Below, piece by piece: positions 20,296-29,782 of a stretch of 64,000 nt of DNA. The notes beneath the pieces were generated by a model. That model saw only the letters and a program-made list of their open reading frames with translations. It did no database searches and was not told where the DNA came from. The stretch's first letter is position 1; every line of letters begins with the position of its first letter. Origin of the DNA: Symbiobacterium sp. (GTDB taxonomy: Bacteria > Bacillota > Sulfobacillia > UBA995 > UBA9673). The DNA is taken from assembly GCA_020725405.1 (NCBI GenBank), contig DYFB01000037.1, positions 8,760-72,759 on the forward strand. Reading direction: 5' to 3'. The translations under genes were made by a program, and so were the position numbers.

Positions 20296-22436
20296 GCGAC
20301 GCGATAACGTCTGCTGCTGCGCCTGGTGAAAAAACCGCGGCCGCCGGCCCTAGCCCCGGCAGACCCGCCGGGGGGACAAGCCCGGGGCGGGGATCGGCCC
20401 CTCCGACCCCCGGACGACGCGCTTCCGATGAGGAAACCGCAGCCGGGGTTCTTGCCGGCCTGCGCGGTCCCGAGGACCTCAAGGCCCTGCCGGCCGCTAG
20501 GCTCCCCGAGCTCGCCGCGGAGATACGCCGGCGGATCATCGATACGGTGTCGCGGACAGGTGGGCACCTCGCACCGAACCTCGGAGTCGTGGAGCTGACC
20601 ATTGCTCTGCACCGCGTGTTCTCGAGCCCGCGCGACCGCATCATCTGGGATGTGGGGCACCAGACCTACGCCCACAAGCTTCTGACGGGCCGCGCCGAGC
20701 GATTCAACACCCTCCGGCAGGAGAACGGCCTCTCCGGGTTCCCGCGGCGCTCTGAGAGCCCTCACGATGTCTTCGAGACCGGCCACGCCAGTACCTCGGT
20801 CTCGGCTGCGCTCGGCATCGCGGCCGCGCGCGATCTCAAGCGGGACGACTACTCGGTCGTGGCCGTTATCGGCGACGGAGCCCTGACCGGGGGGATGGCC
20901 TTCGAGGCCCTGAACAACGCGGGCCACATGAAGACGCACCTCATCGTCGTCCTGAACGATAACGAGCTCTCCTACGGGCCGACCGTGGGTGGCCTGGCCT
21001 CCCATCTGAGCCGCCTCCGCTCCCATCCGGTCTACTTCCGGGTTAGGCGCGACCTCGAGTCCTTCGTGAAGAACCTTCCTCTCATTGGACCGGCCCTCTA
21101 CTACCTGGGCGGGCGGATCAAGGGCAGCGTGAAGTACCTCGTCGTCCCCGGCATCCTCTTCGAGGAGCTCGGCTTCACCTACCTCGGGCCCGTGGACGGG
21201 CACAACCTAGCCCAGCTCGAGGAGTTCCTGGAGCGGGCCAAGATGATCCGCGGGCCGGCGTTCGTCCACGTCATAACCAAGAAAGGGAAGGGCTACCCTC
21301 CGGCCGAGGCCGACCCGGACCGCTTCCACGGCATCGGGCCGTTTGACATTGCCACCGGCCTCGACCTGGCCGAGCCTCCGATCACTGGACCTAACGGCCC
21401 GTCGACAGCCGTCAACAACCACGGACCCTCGAGCGCCCTGAACAGCCACGCGCTGCCGCGTCCCACCTACACGCAGGTCTTCGGACAGACCCTGCTCGAG
21501 CTCGGAAGCCGTGACGACCGCATCGTGGCCATTACCGCGGCCATGGCGTCGAGCACGGGGGTCCTGCCCTTCGCCCGCTCCTTCCCCAAGCGCTGGTTCG
21601 ACGTCGGCATCTCCGAGCAGCATGCGGTGACCTTCGCCGCCGGCCTGGCCGCCGAGGGGCTTAGGCCGGTGGTGGCCGTCTACTCCACCTTCCTCCAGCG
21701 TGCCTATGACCAGATCCTGCACGATGTCTGTCTCCAGCGGCTGCCGGTGACGTTCGTCCTCGACCGCGGGGGGCTCGTCGGCGCCGACGGGCCGACCCAT
21801 CACGGCGCCTACGACCTCAGCTACCTTCGGGCCATGCCGGGGATGGTGGTCATGGCCCCGAAGGACGAGAACGAGCTCAGGCACATGCTCAAGACAGCCC
21901 TGTACCTCGGGGGCCCCGCGGCCGTCCGCTACCCGCGGGGCCCGGGCCCCGGGACGCTGGCGGAGGGCGAGCCGCGGCGTCTGGAGGTCGGGCGGGCGGA
22001 GATCCTGCGGGATGGCGGCGACCTGGCCATCGTCGCCATAGGCTCCATGGTCGTTCCCTCCCTGGAAGCGGCGGAGCGGCTGGGGACCGCGGGCCTCCGG
22101 GCGGCGGTCGTCAACGCCCGCTTCGCCGCACCGGTGGACGGGAACCTAATCGTCCGGCTGGCCCGCGAGACGGGGAGAATCCTGACCGTGGAGGAGAACG
22201 TGGCCAAGGGCGGCTTCGGGGCGGCGGTGGTCGAGACCTTGACCGGGGCGGGGCTGACCGTCGGCGTCAAGGGGGTCCGGGTCAGGCGACTGGCCCTCCC
22301 CGATGAGCCCGTGGAGCACGGCCGGGCCGAGACCCTCCGCCGCCGGTACGGGCTCGACGCCGAGGGCATCGCCCGGGCGGCGGCCGCCCTGGTCCGGGAC
22401 GAGGCCGGCGCGGTTGACGGAGGTCGGCGCGGCTGA
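20292..22436 (+). CDS. dxs: 1-deoxy-D-xylulose-5-phosphate synthase with N-terminal extension and linker insertion
   Basis: GGHLAPNLG, WDVGHQ.Y.HK, GDGALTGG, GISEQHA, YSTFLQRAYDQ..HDV, DGPTHHG. Confidence 0.97.
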   Translation: MSDAITSAAAPGEKTAAAGPSPGRPAGGTSPGRGSAPPTPGRRASDEETAAGVLAGLRGPEDLKALPAARLPELAAEIRRRIIDTVSRTGGHLAPNLGVVELTIALHRVFSSPRDRIIWDVGHQTYAHKLLTGRAERFNTLRQENGLSGFPRRSESPHDVFETGHASTSVSAALGIAAARDLKRDDYSVVAVIGDGALTGGMAFEALNNAGHMKTHLIVVLNDNELSYGPTVGGLASHLSRLRSHPVYFRVRRDLESFVKNLPLIGPALYYLGGRIKGSVKYLVVPGILFEELGFTYLGPVDGHNLAQLEEFLERAKMIRGPAFVHVITKKGKGYPPAEADPDRFHGIGPFDIATGLDLAEPPITGPNGPSTAVNNHGPSSALNSHALPRPTYTQVFGQTLLELGSRDDRIVAITAAMASSTGVLPFARSFPKRWFDVGISEQHAVTFAAGLAAEGLRPVVAVYSTFLQRAYDQILHDVCLQRLPVTFVLDRGGLVGADGPTHHGAYDLSYLRAMPGMVVMAPKDENELRHMLKTALYLGGPAAVRYPRGPGPGTLAEGEPRRLEVGRAEILRDGGDLAIVAIGSMVVPSLEAAERLGTAGLRAAVVNARFAAPVDGNLIVRLARETGRILTVEENVAKGGFGAAVVETLTGAGLTVGVKGVRVRRLALPDEPVEHGRAETLRRRYGLDAEGIARAAAALVRDEAGAVDGGRRG

Positions 22437-22451
22437 CGGGAGGGGAGGCCG

Positions 22452-23324
22452 GTGGGGGCTCGGGGAGACGGACCTGACCGGCGCAGGCTCGACGCCCTCC
22501 TCGTCGAACGAGGCCTGGCGGCGAGCCGGACCGAGGCCCAGGCGCTCGTAGTGGCCGGACGCGTCCGCGCCGGAGGTCGGGCCGCGGACAAGCCCGGACG
22601 CCGCTACCCGGCCTCGGTCGACCTCGAGGTCGAGCGTCCCCCGCACCGCTACGTCTCCCGCGGCGGCCTCAAGCTGGAGAAAGCCCTCGACCAGTTCGGA
22701 CTCGACGTGACCGGCCTCTCGTGCCTCGACGTCGGGGCGTCGACCGGCGGATTCACCGACTGCCTCCTCCAGCGCGGGGCCGGGCGGGTCTACGCCGTGG
22801 ACGTAGGCTACGGTCTTCTGGCCTGGAAGCTCAGGAGCGACGACCGGGTCGTCCCCCTCGACCGCACCAACGCACGCTATCTCGACCGCGAGTCTTTCCG
22901 GCGGGCGGTCGAGGCCCAGGGGCGCGACCTGGTCTGGCCGGCTCTGGCCACGATCGACGTCTCCTTCATCTCCCTCCTTAAGGTCGCCCCCGCCGTGGTC
23001 GGGCTTCTGGAGCCTCCCTGGCAGATCATCGCTCTCGTCAAGCCGCAGTTCGAGGCTGGGCGGACAAAGGTCGGGTCGGGAGGGGTGGTCCGGGACCCGG
23101 AGACCCACGTCGGGGTCCTGGAGAAGGTGACGGCCGGCCTGGCGGCGATAGGACCGGCCGACGTCGCCGGCCTCACGCCCTCGCCCGTCCGCGGCCCGGA
23201 GGGGAACGTCGAGTACCTCCTCTGGCTCGTCGGCCCCTCCGACCGGCCCGAAGGGGGGCACCCCGCACCCGAGGCGATCCGGAAGGCCGTCTCGGACGGT
23301 CTGGCCGTCGGGCCCGTCCCCTAG
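22452..23324 (+). CDS. tlyA: TlyA/YqxC family RNA methyltransferase
   Basis: RLDALLV, YVSRGGLKLEKAL, DVGASTGGFTDCLLQ, DVSFISL, LVKPQFE, GNVEYL. Confidence 0.95.
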   Translation: MGARGDGPDRRRLDALLVERGLAASRTEAQALVVAGRVRAGGRAADKPGRRYPASVDLEVERPPHRYVSRGGLKLEKALDQFGLDVTGLSCLDVGASTGGFTDCLLQRGAGRVYAVDVGYGLLAWKLRSDDRVVPLDRTNARYLDRESFRRAVEAQGRDLVWPALATIDVSFISLLKVAPAVVGLLEPPWQIIALVKPQFEAGRTKVGSGGVVRDPETHVGVLEKVTAGLAAIGPADVAGLTPSPVRGPEGNVEYLLWLVGPSDRPEGGHPAPEAIRKAVSDGLAVGPVP

Positions 23325-25087
23325 CCGGGGTCGCTCTCCGGCCTCCGGCCGGCGGCCGCCTGGGCGCGGGCCCGGCGGAGCTCGTCCTTGGTCCTCCGCC
23401 CCTGGTCCAGCATCTCGCGGGCGTGGGCCAGGGTTATGGGGGTCGGCGGGTGGCCGGCGAGCATCCGGGCGACCTCGTGGACCCGGCCGTCGGGGTCGAG
23501 GGTCCTGACCAGGGTTGCGGTCCGGTTACCGGAGGTCTCTTTCAGGATGAGATGGTGGGCGTCGGTCAGGCTGGCTATCCGCGCGAGGTGGGTGACGCAG
23601 ACCACCTGTCGCGAGAGGGCTATGGTCGCGAGTTTCTCGCCGACGGCCTGGGCCGCGCCGCCTCCAACGCCGCTGTCTATCTCGTCGAAGATCATCGTCG
23701 GGATCTCGTCGCTCTCGGCCAGGATGGCCTTCAGGGCGAGCATGACCCGCGACATCTCTCCGCCGGAGGCGATGCGGCTGAGCGGGCGGGGTGTTTCGCC
23801 CGGGTTCGCCGAGAAGAGGAACTCCACCCGTTCGGCCCCGCGGGGACCGGGAGGGTCCTCGGGCTCGAAGGCCACGGAGAACCGGGCGTCCTTCATCCCG
23901 AGCTCGGCCAGGGCCGCCTCGACCGTCGCCTCGAGGTTTCCGCAGACGGTCCGGCGGGCCGCCGAGAGGCGCCCGGCCAGTTCGTCGAGGCGCGCGCGAG
24001 CGCGCCCGGCTTCCTCCTCGAGCCGGGCCAGGAGTTCGGCGGCGTTCTCGAGCCGGCCGAGCTCCTCGCGGCAGCGCGCGACGAAGGCCAGGATGTCGGC
24101 GACAGAGGCCCCGTACTTGCGTTTGAGGGCGCTGATGAGGTCGAGACGGCTCTCGACCTCGGCCAGGCGAGTCGGGTCGGCGAGGACTCCGTCGCGATAC
24201 CGGCGCACGTCACGGCTCACGTCGTCGAGCTGGTAGGCCGCCTGACGCACGGTCTCGAGCAGCGGGGAGACCGAAGGGTCGAGGGCTGCGAGTTCCTCGA
24301 GGGCGGCCAGGGCCCGGCCGATCTGGTCGTGGGCCGAGCTCTGGCCGGCGCCCTCGGCCGAATAGAGGGAGGCGTAAGCCCGGCCGGCCGCCTCGCGGCG
24401 CTTCTCGGCCCCGGCGAGGAGCCTCCTCTCCGCCTGGAGCTCCTCCTCTTCGCCTTCCCGCAGACGGGACCGTTCTATCTCCTCGACCTGGAAGGCGAGA
24501 AGGTCCAGGCGGCGGGCCCGGTCCCGCTCGTCGCCGGCGAGGGACCTCATCTCCTCCACGGTCTTCCGCCACTCCCGGTGGGCCCGGGCGACCTCGGCCC
24601 TGAGAGAGGCGGTCTCCCGGCCTCCGAAAGCGTCCAAGAGGTCGACGTGACGTTCGGGCCGGAGGAGGGACTGGTGCTCGTGCTGGCCGTGGATGTCGAT
24701 GAGGTGCTGGGTTATCTCGCGGAGGACGGACAGGGTCACCGTCCGGCCGTTGACGCGGCAGGTGGCCCGGCCGTCGACCGGCACCTCTCTCGAGACGACC
24801 AGGGTCGCCTCCTGGGGGTCGCCGAGGCCGAGCTCGTCCACCAGCCGGCGCACCCCGGGAAGGCGGGAGAGGTCGAAGACGACCTCGACGACGGCGCGGT
24901 CGGCTCCGGTCCGGATGACGTCGGCCGAGGCCCGGCCGCCGAGGGCGAGCTCAACGGCGTCGATGAGGATGGACTTGCCCGCCCCGGTCTCCCCGGTGAG
25001 GACGTTGAGCCCCGCGGAGAGAGCGAGCCGTACACTGTCTATTAGCGCGAAGTTGCGGATGGAGATCTCTGCGAGCAAAGCGCCCAC
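23321..25087 (-). CDS. recN: DNA repair protein RecN (inverted relative to neighbours)
   Basis: I.NFALI, TGETGAGKSILI, HGQHEHQ, ASGGEMSR.MLALK, FDEIDSGVGG, THL. Confidence 0.97.
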   Translation of the reverse strand: MGALLAEISIRNFALIDSVRLALSAGLNVLTGETGAGKSILIDAVELALGGRASADVIRTGADRAVVEVVFDLSRLPGVRRLVDELGLGDPQEATLVVSREVPVDGRATCRVNGRTVTLSVLREITQHLIDIHGQHEHQSLLRPERHVDLLDAFGGRETASLRAEVARAHREWRKTVEEMRSLAGDERDRARRLDLLAFQVEEIERSRLREGEEEELQAERRLLAGAEKRREAAGRAYASLYSAEGAGQSSAHDQIGRALAALEELAALDPSVSPLLETVRQAAYQLDDVSRDVRRYRDGVLADPTRLAEVESRLDLISALKRKYGASVADILAFVARCREELGRLENAAELLARLEEEAGRARARLDELAGRLSAARRTVCGNLEATVEAALAELGMKDARFSVAFEPEDPPGPRGAERVEFLFSANPGETPRPLSRIASGGEMSRVMLALKAILAESDEIPTMIFDEIDSGVGGGAAQAVGEKLATIALSRQVVCVTHLARIASLTDAHHLILKETSGNRTATLVRTLDPDGRVHEVARMLAGHPPTPITLAHAREMLDQGRRTKDELRRARAQAAAGRRPESDPG

Positions 25088-25107
25088 GCTCCCTCCGGAG
25101 GTCTCCG

Positions 25108-25986
25108 TCAGGCGTGGAGGCCGCCTTCGGGCAGCTTCCGGCGGAGGACCTCGAAGAAGTTCCAGTCCCTGCGTCTCACCAGGCGGGCGACCACGGGGGC
25201 CCGCCGGACGGTTATCGGATGATGGGGGTCGAGGGTGTAGACCTCCTGACCGTCCACGGTCATCACCGACTCGCGGACGGCGAGGTGGTTCTCCTGGTAG
25301 CGGACCTCTATCGTCGCCTCCGGAGCGACCACCACCGGACGCGAGTAGAGCGTGTGCGGGCAGACGGGTGTCAGGACGAGAAGGCTCAGGGACGGGTCGA
25401 CGATGGGCCCGCCGGCGGACAGGGAGTAGGCCGTGGAGCCCGTCGGAGTGGCCACGATGAGGCCGTCACCGGAGAAGGAAGCCAGGCGGGAGCTGTCGAC
25501 GAAGGCCTCGACGTGGACGAGCCGGGCGTAGGAGGTCTTGTGGAAGGTCAGCTCGTTGAGGGCGATGACCACGCGCCTTTCCCCGCCGCGGAGGGTCACC
25601 GCGGCCTCGACCATCGCCCTCTCGTCGAGCTTACTCTCGCCGGAGATGATGGCGGGGAGCTCGGCCTCGATCTCCCGCGGTTCCAGCTCCGTGAGGAAAC
25701 CCAGGCGGCCGAAGTTCACCCCGAGGAGCGGGGTACCGGCCGGAGCGAGAAGGCGGGCCGCCCGGAGGAGGGTCCCGTCTCCGCCCAGGACGACCGCGAG
25801 GTCGAGCCGGGCGGCGTCCTCCGGGAGGCGAACCGCGTGGGCGTCAAGGCCAAGCTCGCCGGCGATGTCGGCGTCGACAAGACACTCGACTCCGGCCCGG
25901 GAGATGGTCTGGAAGAGCTTGACGCCGGTATCGGCCGCCCCCGGCTTGTCCAGGTTGGCCATGATGACCACCGTGCGCCGGCTCAC
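25108..25986 (-). CDS. nadK: NAD+ kinase (inverted relative to neighbours)
   Basis: LGGDGT.L, GVNFGRLGFL, LNE, GDGLIVATPTGSTAYSLSAGGP, CPHTL..RP; GTG start after GGAGGGG. Confidence 0.96.
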   Translation of the reverse strand: MSRRTVVIMANLDKPGAADTGVKLFQTISRAGVECLVDADIAGELGLDAHAVRLPEDAARLDLAVVLGGDGTLLRAARLLAPAGTPLLGVNFGRLGFLTELEPREIEAELPAIISGESKLDERAMVEAAVTLRGGERRVVIALNELTFHKTSYARLVHVEAFVDSSRLASFSGDGLIVATPTGSTAYSLSAGGPIVDPSLSLLVLTPVCPHTLYSRPVVVAPEATIEVRYQENHLAVRESVMTVDGQEVYTLDPHHPITVRRAPVVARLVRRRDWNFFEVLRRKLPEGGLHA

Positions 25987-26065
25987 CGGTCCACCACCCC
26001 TCCGGCAGTCTAGACCCGGTCGGACCTGGCCGTCATCGGCTACGCTGCCCGCCGGACCTTTCCCT

Positions 26066-26090
26066 ATTCGCGCCCCCGGACGGGCTTCCT
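26066..26090 (-). promoter_or_regulatory. Candidate sigma-H-like promoter pointing into nadK-recN
   Basis: Minus strand caAGGAagc-N-cgcGAATag with 17 nt between AGGA and GAAT, same spacing as candidates at xerD and spoIIA. Confidence 0.4.
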
Positions 26091-26099
26091 TGTCCGCGG

Positions 26100-26129
26100 G
26101 CATAGGACCCTCCGGCGGCGGACAAGTTA
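26100..26129 (+). promoter_or_regulatory. Sigma-F/sigma-G promoter of spoIVB
   Basis: GCATA-N15-GGACAAGTTA. Confidence 0.75.
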
Positions 26130-26130
26130 G

Positions 26131-26164
26131 CCGGGTAGTCGGAGCTTCCGGGTAGTCGGAGCTT
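26131..26164. repeat. Perfect 2 x 17-bp tandem duplication in spoIVB leader
   Basis: ccgggtagtcggagctt twice. Confidence 0.9.
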
Positions 26165-26182
26165 GGGGAGTGGTCGTTCCTC

Positions 26183-27634
26183 GTGCCTAGGCGCCCCACC
26201 CGTCCCGCGGCGGCCCTCGTCCTCTCGGTCCTCGTCCTGGTTGTCGCCTTCAGCCCCCCCGTCCGCAGTCTGACAAGCCTGCCGGGGGAGATGCGCCTCC
26301 TCCTCGGGGAGGAGGAGCGGGTGGAGATAATCGGTCTACCCATCCCGGCCGTCATCCGAGCCGACCGCGACGGGCTCATCCACATCAACGACGAGGTGGC
26401 GCGGGGCGGCGAGTGGCGGGTCAACCTGGCCGCCCCCCTGGCCCTGAGGCCGCTCACCGAAGGGCGCTGCCAGCTCGATCTCGCTCTCTTCGGGTTGTTC
26501 TCGCTGAGGCGCATCGCCGTGGAGGTGGTCCCGCGGGTGGAGGTCGTCCCCGGGGGGGAGTCAATCGGCATCCTTCTCCGGACGCGAGGGGTGACGGTGG
26601 TCGGACACGCCCCCGTCGACTCCGCCGCCGGCCCCCGCTACCCCGCCCGGGACGCGGGGGTCCGCGTTGGCGATACCATCGTCCGCATCGACGGGGTCGA
26701 GGTCAAGAGCAACCAGCACATTGTCTTCCTGGTGAACCGCTGCGCCCGGGAGGGCCGTCCGGTCCCGGTGGAGGTCGTCCGGGGAGGAGAGGTCCTGAGC
26801 CTCGAGGTCACGCCGGGCTACAGCGAGCGCGAGCGGGTCTACCAGCTCGGGCTCTTCGTGCGCGACGGGGCCGCGGGCGTCGGGACCCTCACTTTCCTCG
26901 AACCCGAGTCGGGGATATTCATGGCTCTCGGGCACGTCGTCGCCGATTCGGCCACGAACCGACCTCTTGAGGTGAGCGACGGGCGGATTGTCAGGGCCTC
27001 GGTGGCCCGCATCATCCCTGGCCGGCGAGGTGAGCCGGGCGAGAAGGAGGGTACCTTCGTCGACAACCGCGACGTCATCGGGACGATAACCGCCAACACG
27101 GAGTTCGGGATAGTCGGGGTGCTCACGGCGACGGATAACGCTCTCGGCGGGAGAGTGCCGGTAGCCCTGGCGCGGGAGGTGCGGCCGGGTCCGGCCGAGA
27201 TCCGGACCGTCGTGGACGGGCAGCGCGTGGAGCGCTTCACCGTGGAGATAGTCAGGGTGGACAGGACCCAGACCTCGCCGGCCGGGAAGGGGATAACGCT
27301 GCACATCACCGACCCCCGGCTCCTGGAAGCCACCGGGGGCATCATCCAGGGGATGAGCGGGAGCCCCATCCTTCAGGACGGCCGGCTGGTGGGAGCGGTC
27401 ACCCATGTCTTCGTCAACGACCCCAGCCGGGGCTACGGGGTCTTCGCCGAGTGGATGGTCAGGGCGGCCGAACTGCTCCCGACCCCTGAAGGGGCCGGAG
27501 AGAGCGCTCTCCCGGCAACGGGACTGGCGGCTTGTTGTTCGACAAAACGAGAATCTAATTACAAATCTGGAAGGAACGGCCAGGGGGAAGGTCGAAAGGG
27601 AGAACCCGCAGGGGGGAGGGAGGACCATAACTAA
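26183..27634 (+). CDS. spoIVB: SpoIVB serine peptidase (PDZ + S55); C-terminus reads through the spo0A promoter
   Basis: PGGESIGI, GLFVRDGAAGVGTLTF, ALGH, GGIIQGMSGSPILQDG.LVGAVTHVFVNDP. Confidence 0.96.
   Translation: MPRRPTRPAAALVLSVLVLVVAFSPPVRSLTSLPGEMRLLLGEEERVEIIGLPIPAVIRADRDGLIHINDEVARGGEWRVNLAAPLALRPLTEGRCQLDLALFGLFSLRRIAVEVVPRVEVVPGGESIGILLRTRGVTVVGHAPVDSAAGPRYPARDAGVRVGDTIVRIDGVEVKSNQHIVFLVNRCAREGRPVPVEVVRGGEVLSLEVTPGYSERERVYQLGLFVRDGAAGVGTLTFLEPESGIFMALGHVVADSATNRPLEVSDGRIVRASVARIIPGRRGEPGEKEGTFVDNRDVIGTITANTEFGIVGVLTATDNALGGRVPVALAREVRPGPAEIRTVVDGQRVERFTVEIVRVDRTQTSPAGKGITLHITDPRLLEATGGIIQGMSGSPILQDGRLVGAVTHVFVNDPSRGYGVFAEWMVRAAELLPTPEGAGESALPATGLAACCSTKRESNYKSGRNGQGEGRKGEPAGGREDHN
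27538..27597 (+). promoter_or_regulatory. Spo0A box and sigma-H-type spo0A promoter
   Basis: TTCGACA (reverse complement TGTCGAA) at 27538-44; AGGA(27572)-N18-GAAA(27594) with overlapping GGTCGAA 0A-like box. Confidence 0.7.
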
Positions 27635-27649
27635 GGGAGGACGAGAGCC

Positions 27650-28414
27650 TTGTCCAGGGTGAAAGTGCTGCTGGCGGATGACAACAAGGAGTTCTGCGAG
27701 CTGTTCAGGGACTACATAGGGGGGCACGATGACCTCGACCTCGTGGGAGTGGCCCTCAACGGGCTGGAGGTCTTCGACCTCATCGAGGAGACCCGCCCGG
27801 ATGTCCTGGTTCTCGACATCATCATGCCTCATCTCGACGGCATCGGTGTCCTGGAGAGATTGGTCCGCGACGAGGCGGGACGGCCGAAGGTGATCTTGCT
27901 CACGGCCTTCGGCCAGGAGTCCGTTACCCAGAGGGTGGTCGAACTCGGGGCGGACTACTACGTTCTGAAGCCGTTCAACCTCGATGTCCTGGCCGATAGG
28001 ATCCGGCAGGTCGCCCTATCCTCGCGGCGTGTCCCGCCGGCCCCGGCGAGGGTCCGGAACCTCGAGGTCGAGGTGACCAACATCATCCACGAGGTCGGCA
28101 TCCCGGCCCACATCAAGGGCTACTTCTATCTCCGTGACGCCATTCTCATGGTCGTGCACCGCGTCGACTATCTCGGGGCCATCACCAAGGAGCTCTACCC
28201 GGCGGTGGCGGCCAAGTACGGCACTACCCCGAGCCGGGTCGAGCGGGCTATCCGTCACGCTATCGAGGTCGCCTGGAACCGGGGGAACATCGAAGCCATC
28301 ACCCGCCTCTTCGGCTACACGGTGAGTCACGAGCGCGGTAAGCCCACCAACTCGGAGTTCATCGCCATGATAGCCGACAAGCTGCGCATGGAGCTGCGGC
28401 TGACCGGGTCCTGA
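27650..28414 (+). CDS. spo0A: Sporulation master regulator Spo0A
   Basis: [55 protein letters not shown]. Confidence 0.99.
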   Translation: MSRVKVLLADDNKEFCELFRDYIGGHDDLDLVGVALNGLEVFDLIEETRPDVLVLDIIMPHLDGIGVLERLVRDEAGRPKVILLTAFGQESVTQRVVELGADYYVLKPFNLDVLADRIRQVALSSRRVPPAPARVRNLEVEVTNIIHEVGIPAHIKGYFYLRDAILMVVHRVDYLGAITKELYPAVAAKYGTTPSRVERAIRHAIEVAWNRGNIEAITRLFGYTVSHERGKPTNSEFIAMIADKLRMELRLTGS

Positions 28415-28502
28415 CCCGGCCGGAGCGCCTCTGGCGACCCCGGAAGCGGCCGCCCCGGGCCCGCACGGACGGGCCCGGGGCGGTCGCGCGCTCTCGCGGC
28501 GG

Positions 28503-28528
28503 AGGAATCGTCCGGCCCGGCCACGAAT
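28503..28528 (+). promoter_or_regulatory. Candidate sigma-H promoter for the amino-acid dehydrogenase/oxidoreductase operon
   Basis: ggAGGAATc-N-cacGAATa, 18 nt between AGGA and GAAT. Confidence 0.55.
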
Positions 28529-28609
28529 AGTCCACCCCGGACCCGAGGTGAGTAAGATGGCCGCGGGCGAGACGAATCCCTCAGGAGGTGGCCCGGCTCC
28601 AGAAACGAC

Positions 28610-29710
28610 ATGGGCATATTCGATAAGATGGCGCAGCACCGCCACGAACAGGTGGTCTTCTGCCACGATAGGGTCTCAGGGCTGAAGAGCATAATCGCCA
28701 TCCACGACACAACCCTGGGACCGGCCCTCGGCGGCACGAGAATGTGGCCCTACAAGTCGGAAGAGGAGATGCTGGAAGACGTCCTGAGACTCTCTCGGGG
28801 CATGACCTACAAGTCCGCGGCCGCCGGAAGCAACTTCGGCGGGGGGAAAGCTGTAATCTGGGGGGACCCGGCAACCGATAAGGGCGAGCTGCTCTTCAGG
28901 GCGCTGGGTCTTTTCGTGCACTCCCTGGCCGGTCGGTTCATCACCGGGACCGACGTGGGCACGGTGGCCGACGACTTCGTCCACGCCCGGAGCGTGACGC
29001 CCTACCTGGTCGCCCTCCCGGAGGAGCACGGCGGCAGCGGGGACTCCTCGCTGACCACGGCCTTCGGGGTCTGGCACGGGATGCGGGCCTGCGCCGAGGA
29101 GGTCTTCGGGTCGCCCTCTCTGAAGGGGCTCAGGGTCGCGGTCCAGGGCGTCGGCAAGGTCGGCTACCGCCTCTGCGGCTACCTCAGCGAGGAGGGCGCC
29201 GAAGTCATCGTCAGCGACGTCTCCGAGGCCAACCTCAACCGGGTCAAACGCGAGCACAAGGTCGAGGTGGTCTCTCCTGAGGAGATCATCGACACCGAGT
29301 GCGACATCTTCTCCCCCAACGCTCTCGGCGGAGTCGTTAACGACGAGACCGTAGGCAGGTTCAGGACCAGGATAGTGGCTGGGGCCGCCAACAACCAGCT
29401 GGCCGAAGACCGCCACGGAGACGAGCTCCACCGCCGGGGGATTCTCTACGCCCCGGACTACGTCATCAACGCCGGCGGCCTCATCCAGGTGTCGGAGGAG
29501 TTCCCGAGCTTCAGCCGCGAGCGGGCCATGAGGCGCGCCGCGGCCATCTACGACAGCCTGAGGCGCATCTTCGCCATCTGCCGGCGGGACGGAATCGCGC
29601 CCCACAAGGCGGCTGACGTGCTGGTGGAGGAGCGGCTGGCCGAGATATCCGGCTGCCGCCTCTACCTTCCGGAGCCCGGCGGGACGGCCGGGGCCCTCGA
29701 CCGCTCCTGA
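28610..29710 (+). CDS. Glu/Leu/Phe/Val dehydrogenase, phenylalanine-dehydrogenase-like
   Basis: GMTYK, GGGKAVI, but TGTDVG / DDFVHA / GGSGDSS / NAGGLIQV as in Bacillus PheDH rather than LeuDH TAEDVG. Confidence 0.8.
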   Translation: MGIFDKMAQHRHEQVVFCHDRVSGLKSIIAIHDTTLGPALGGTRMWPYKSEEEMLEDVLRLSRGMTYKSAAAGSNFGGGKAVIWGDPATDKGELLFRALGLFVHSLAGRFITGTDVGTVADDFVHARSVTPYLVALPEEHGGSGDSSLTTAFGVWHGMRACAEEVFGSPSLKGLRVAVQGVGKVGYRLCGYLSEEGAEVIVSDVSEANLNRVKREHKVEVVSPEEIIDTECDIFSPNALGGVVNDETVGRFRTRIVAGAANNQLAEDRHGDELHRRGILYAPDYVINAGGLIQVSEEFPSFSRERAMRRAAAIYDSLRRIFAICRRDGIAPHKAADVLVEERLAEISGCRLYLPEPGGTAGALDRS

Positions 29711-29782
29711 GGTCGGCCCGAAGTCCGGCCCTTCGTGAGATGACGGTCCGCGACAACGCGCGCAAGGCAGGGGAGGACTCCG

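Noticed and set aside
25987-26571. Long N-terminal extension of nadK given by the ORF track (487 aa)
   Set aside because: Overlaps spoIVB on the opposite strand; a good SD and family-typical length point to GTG 25986
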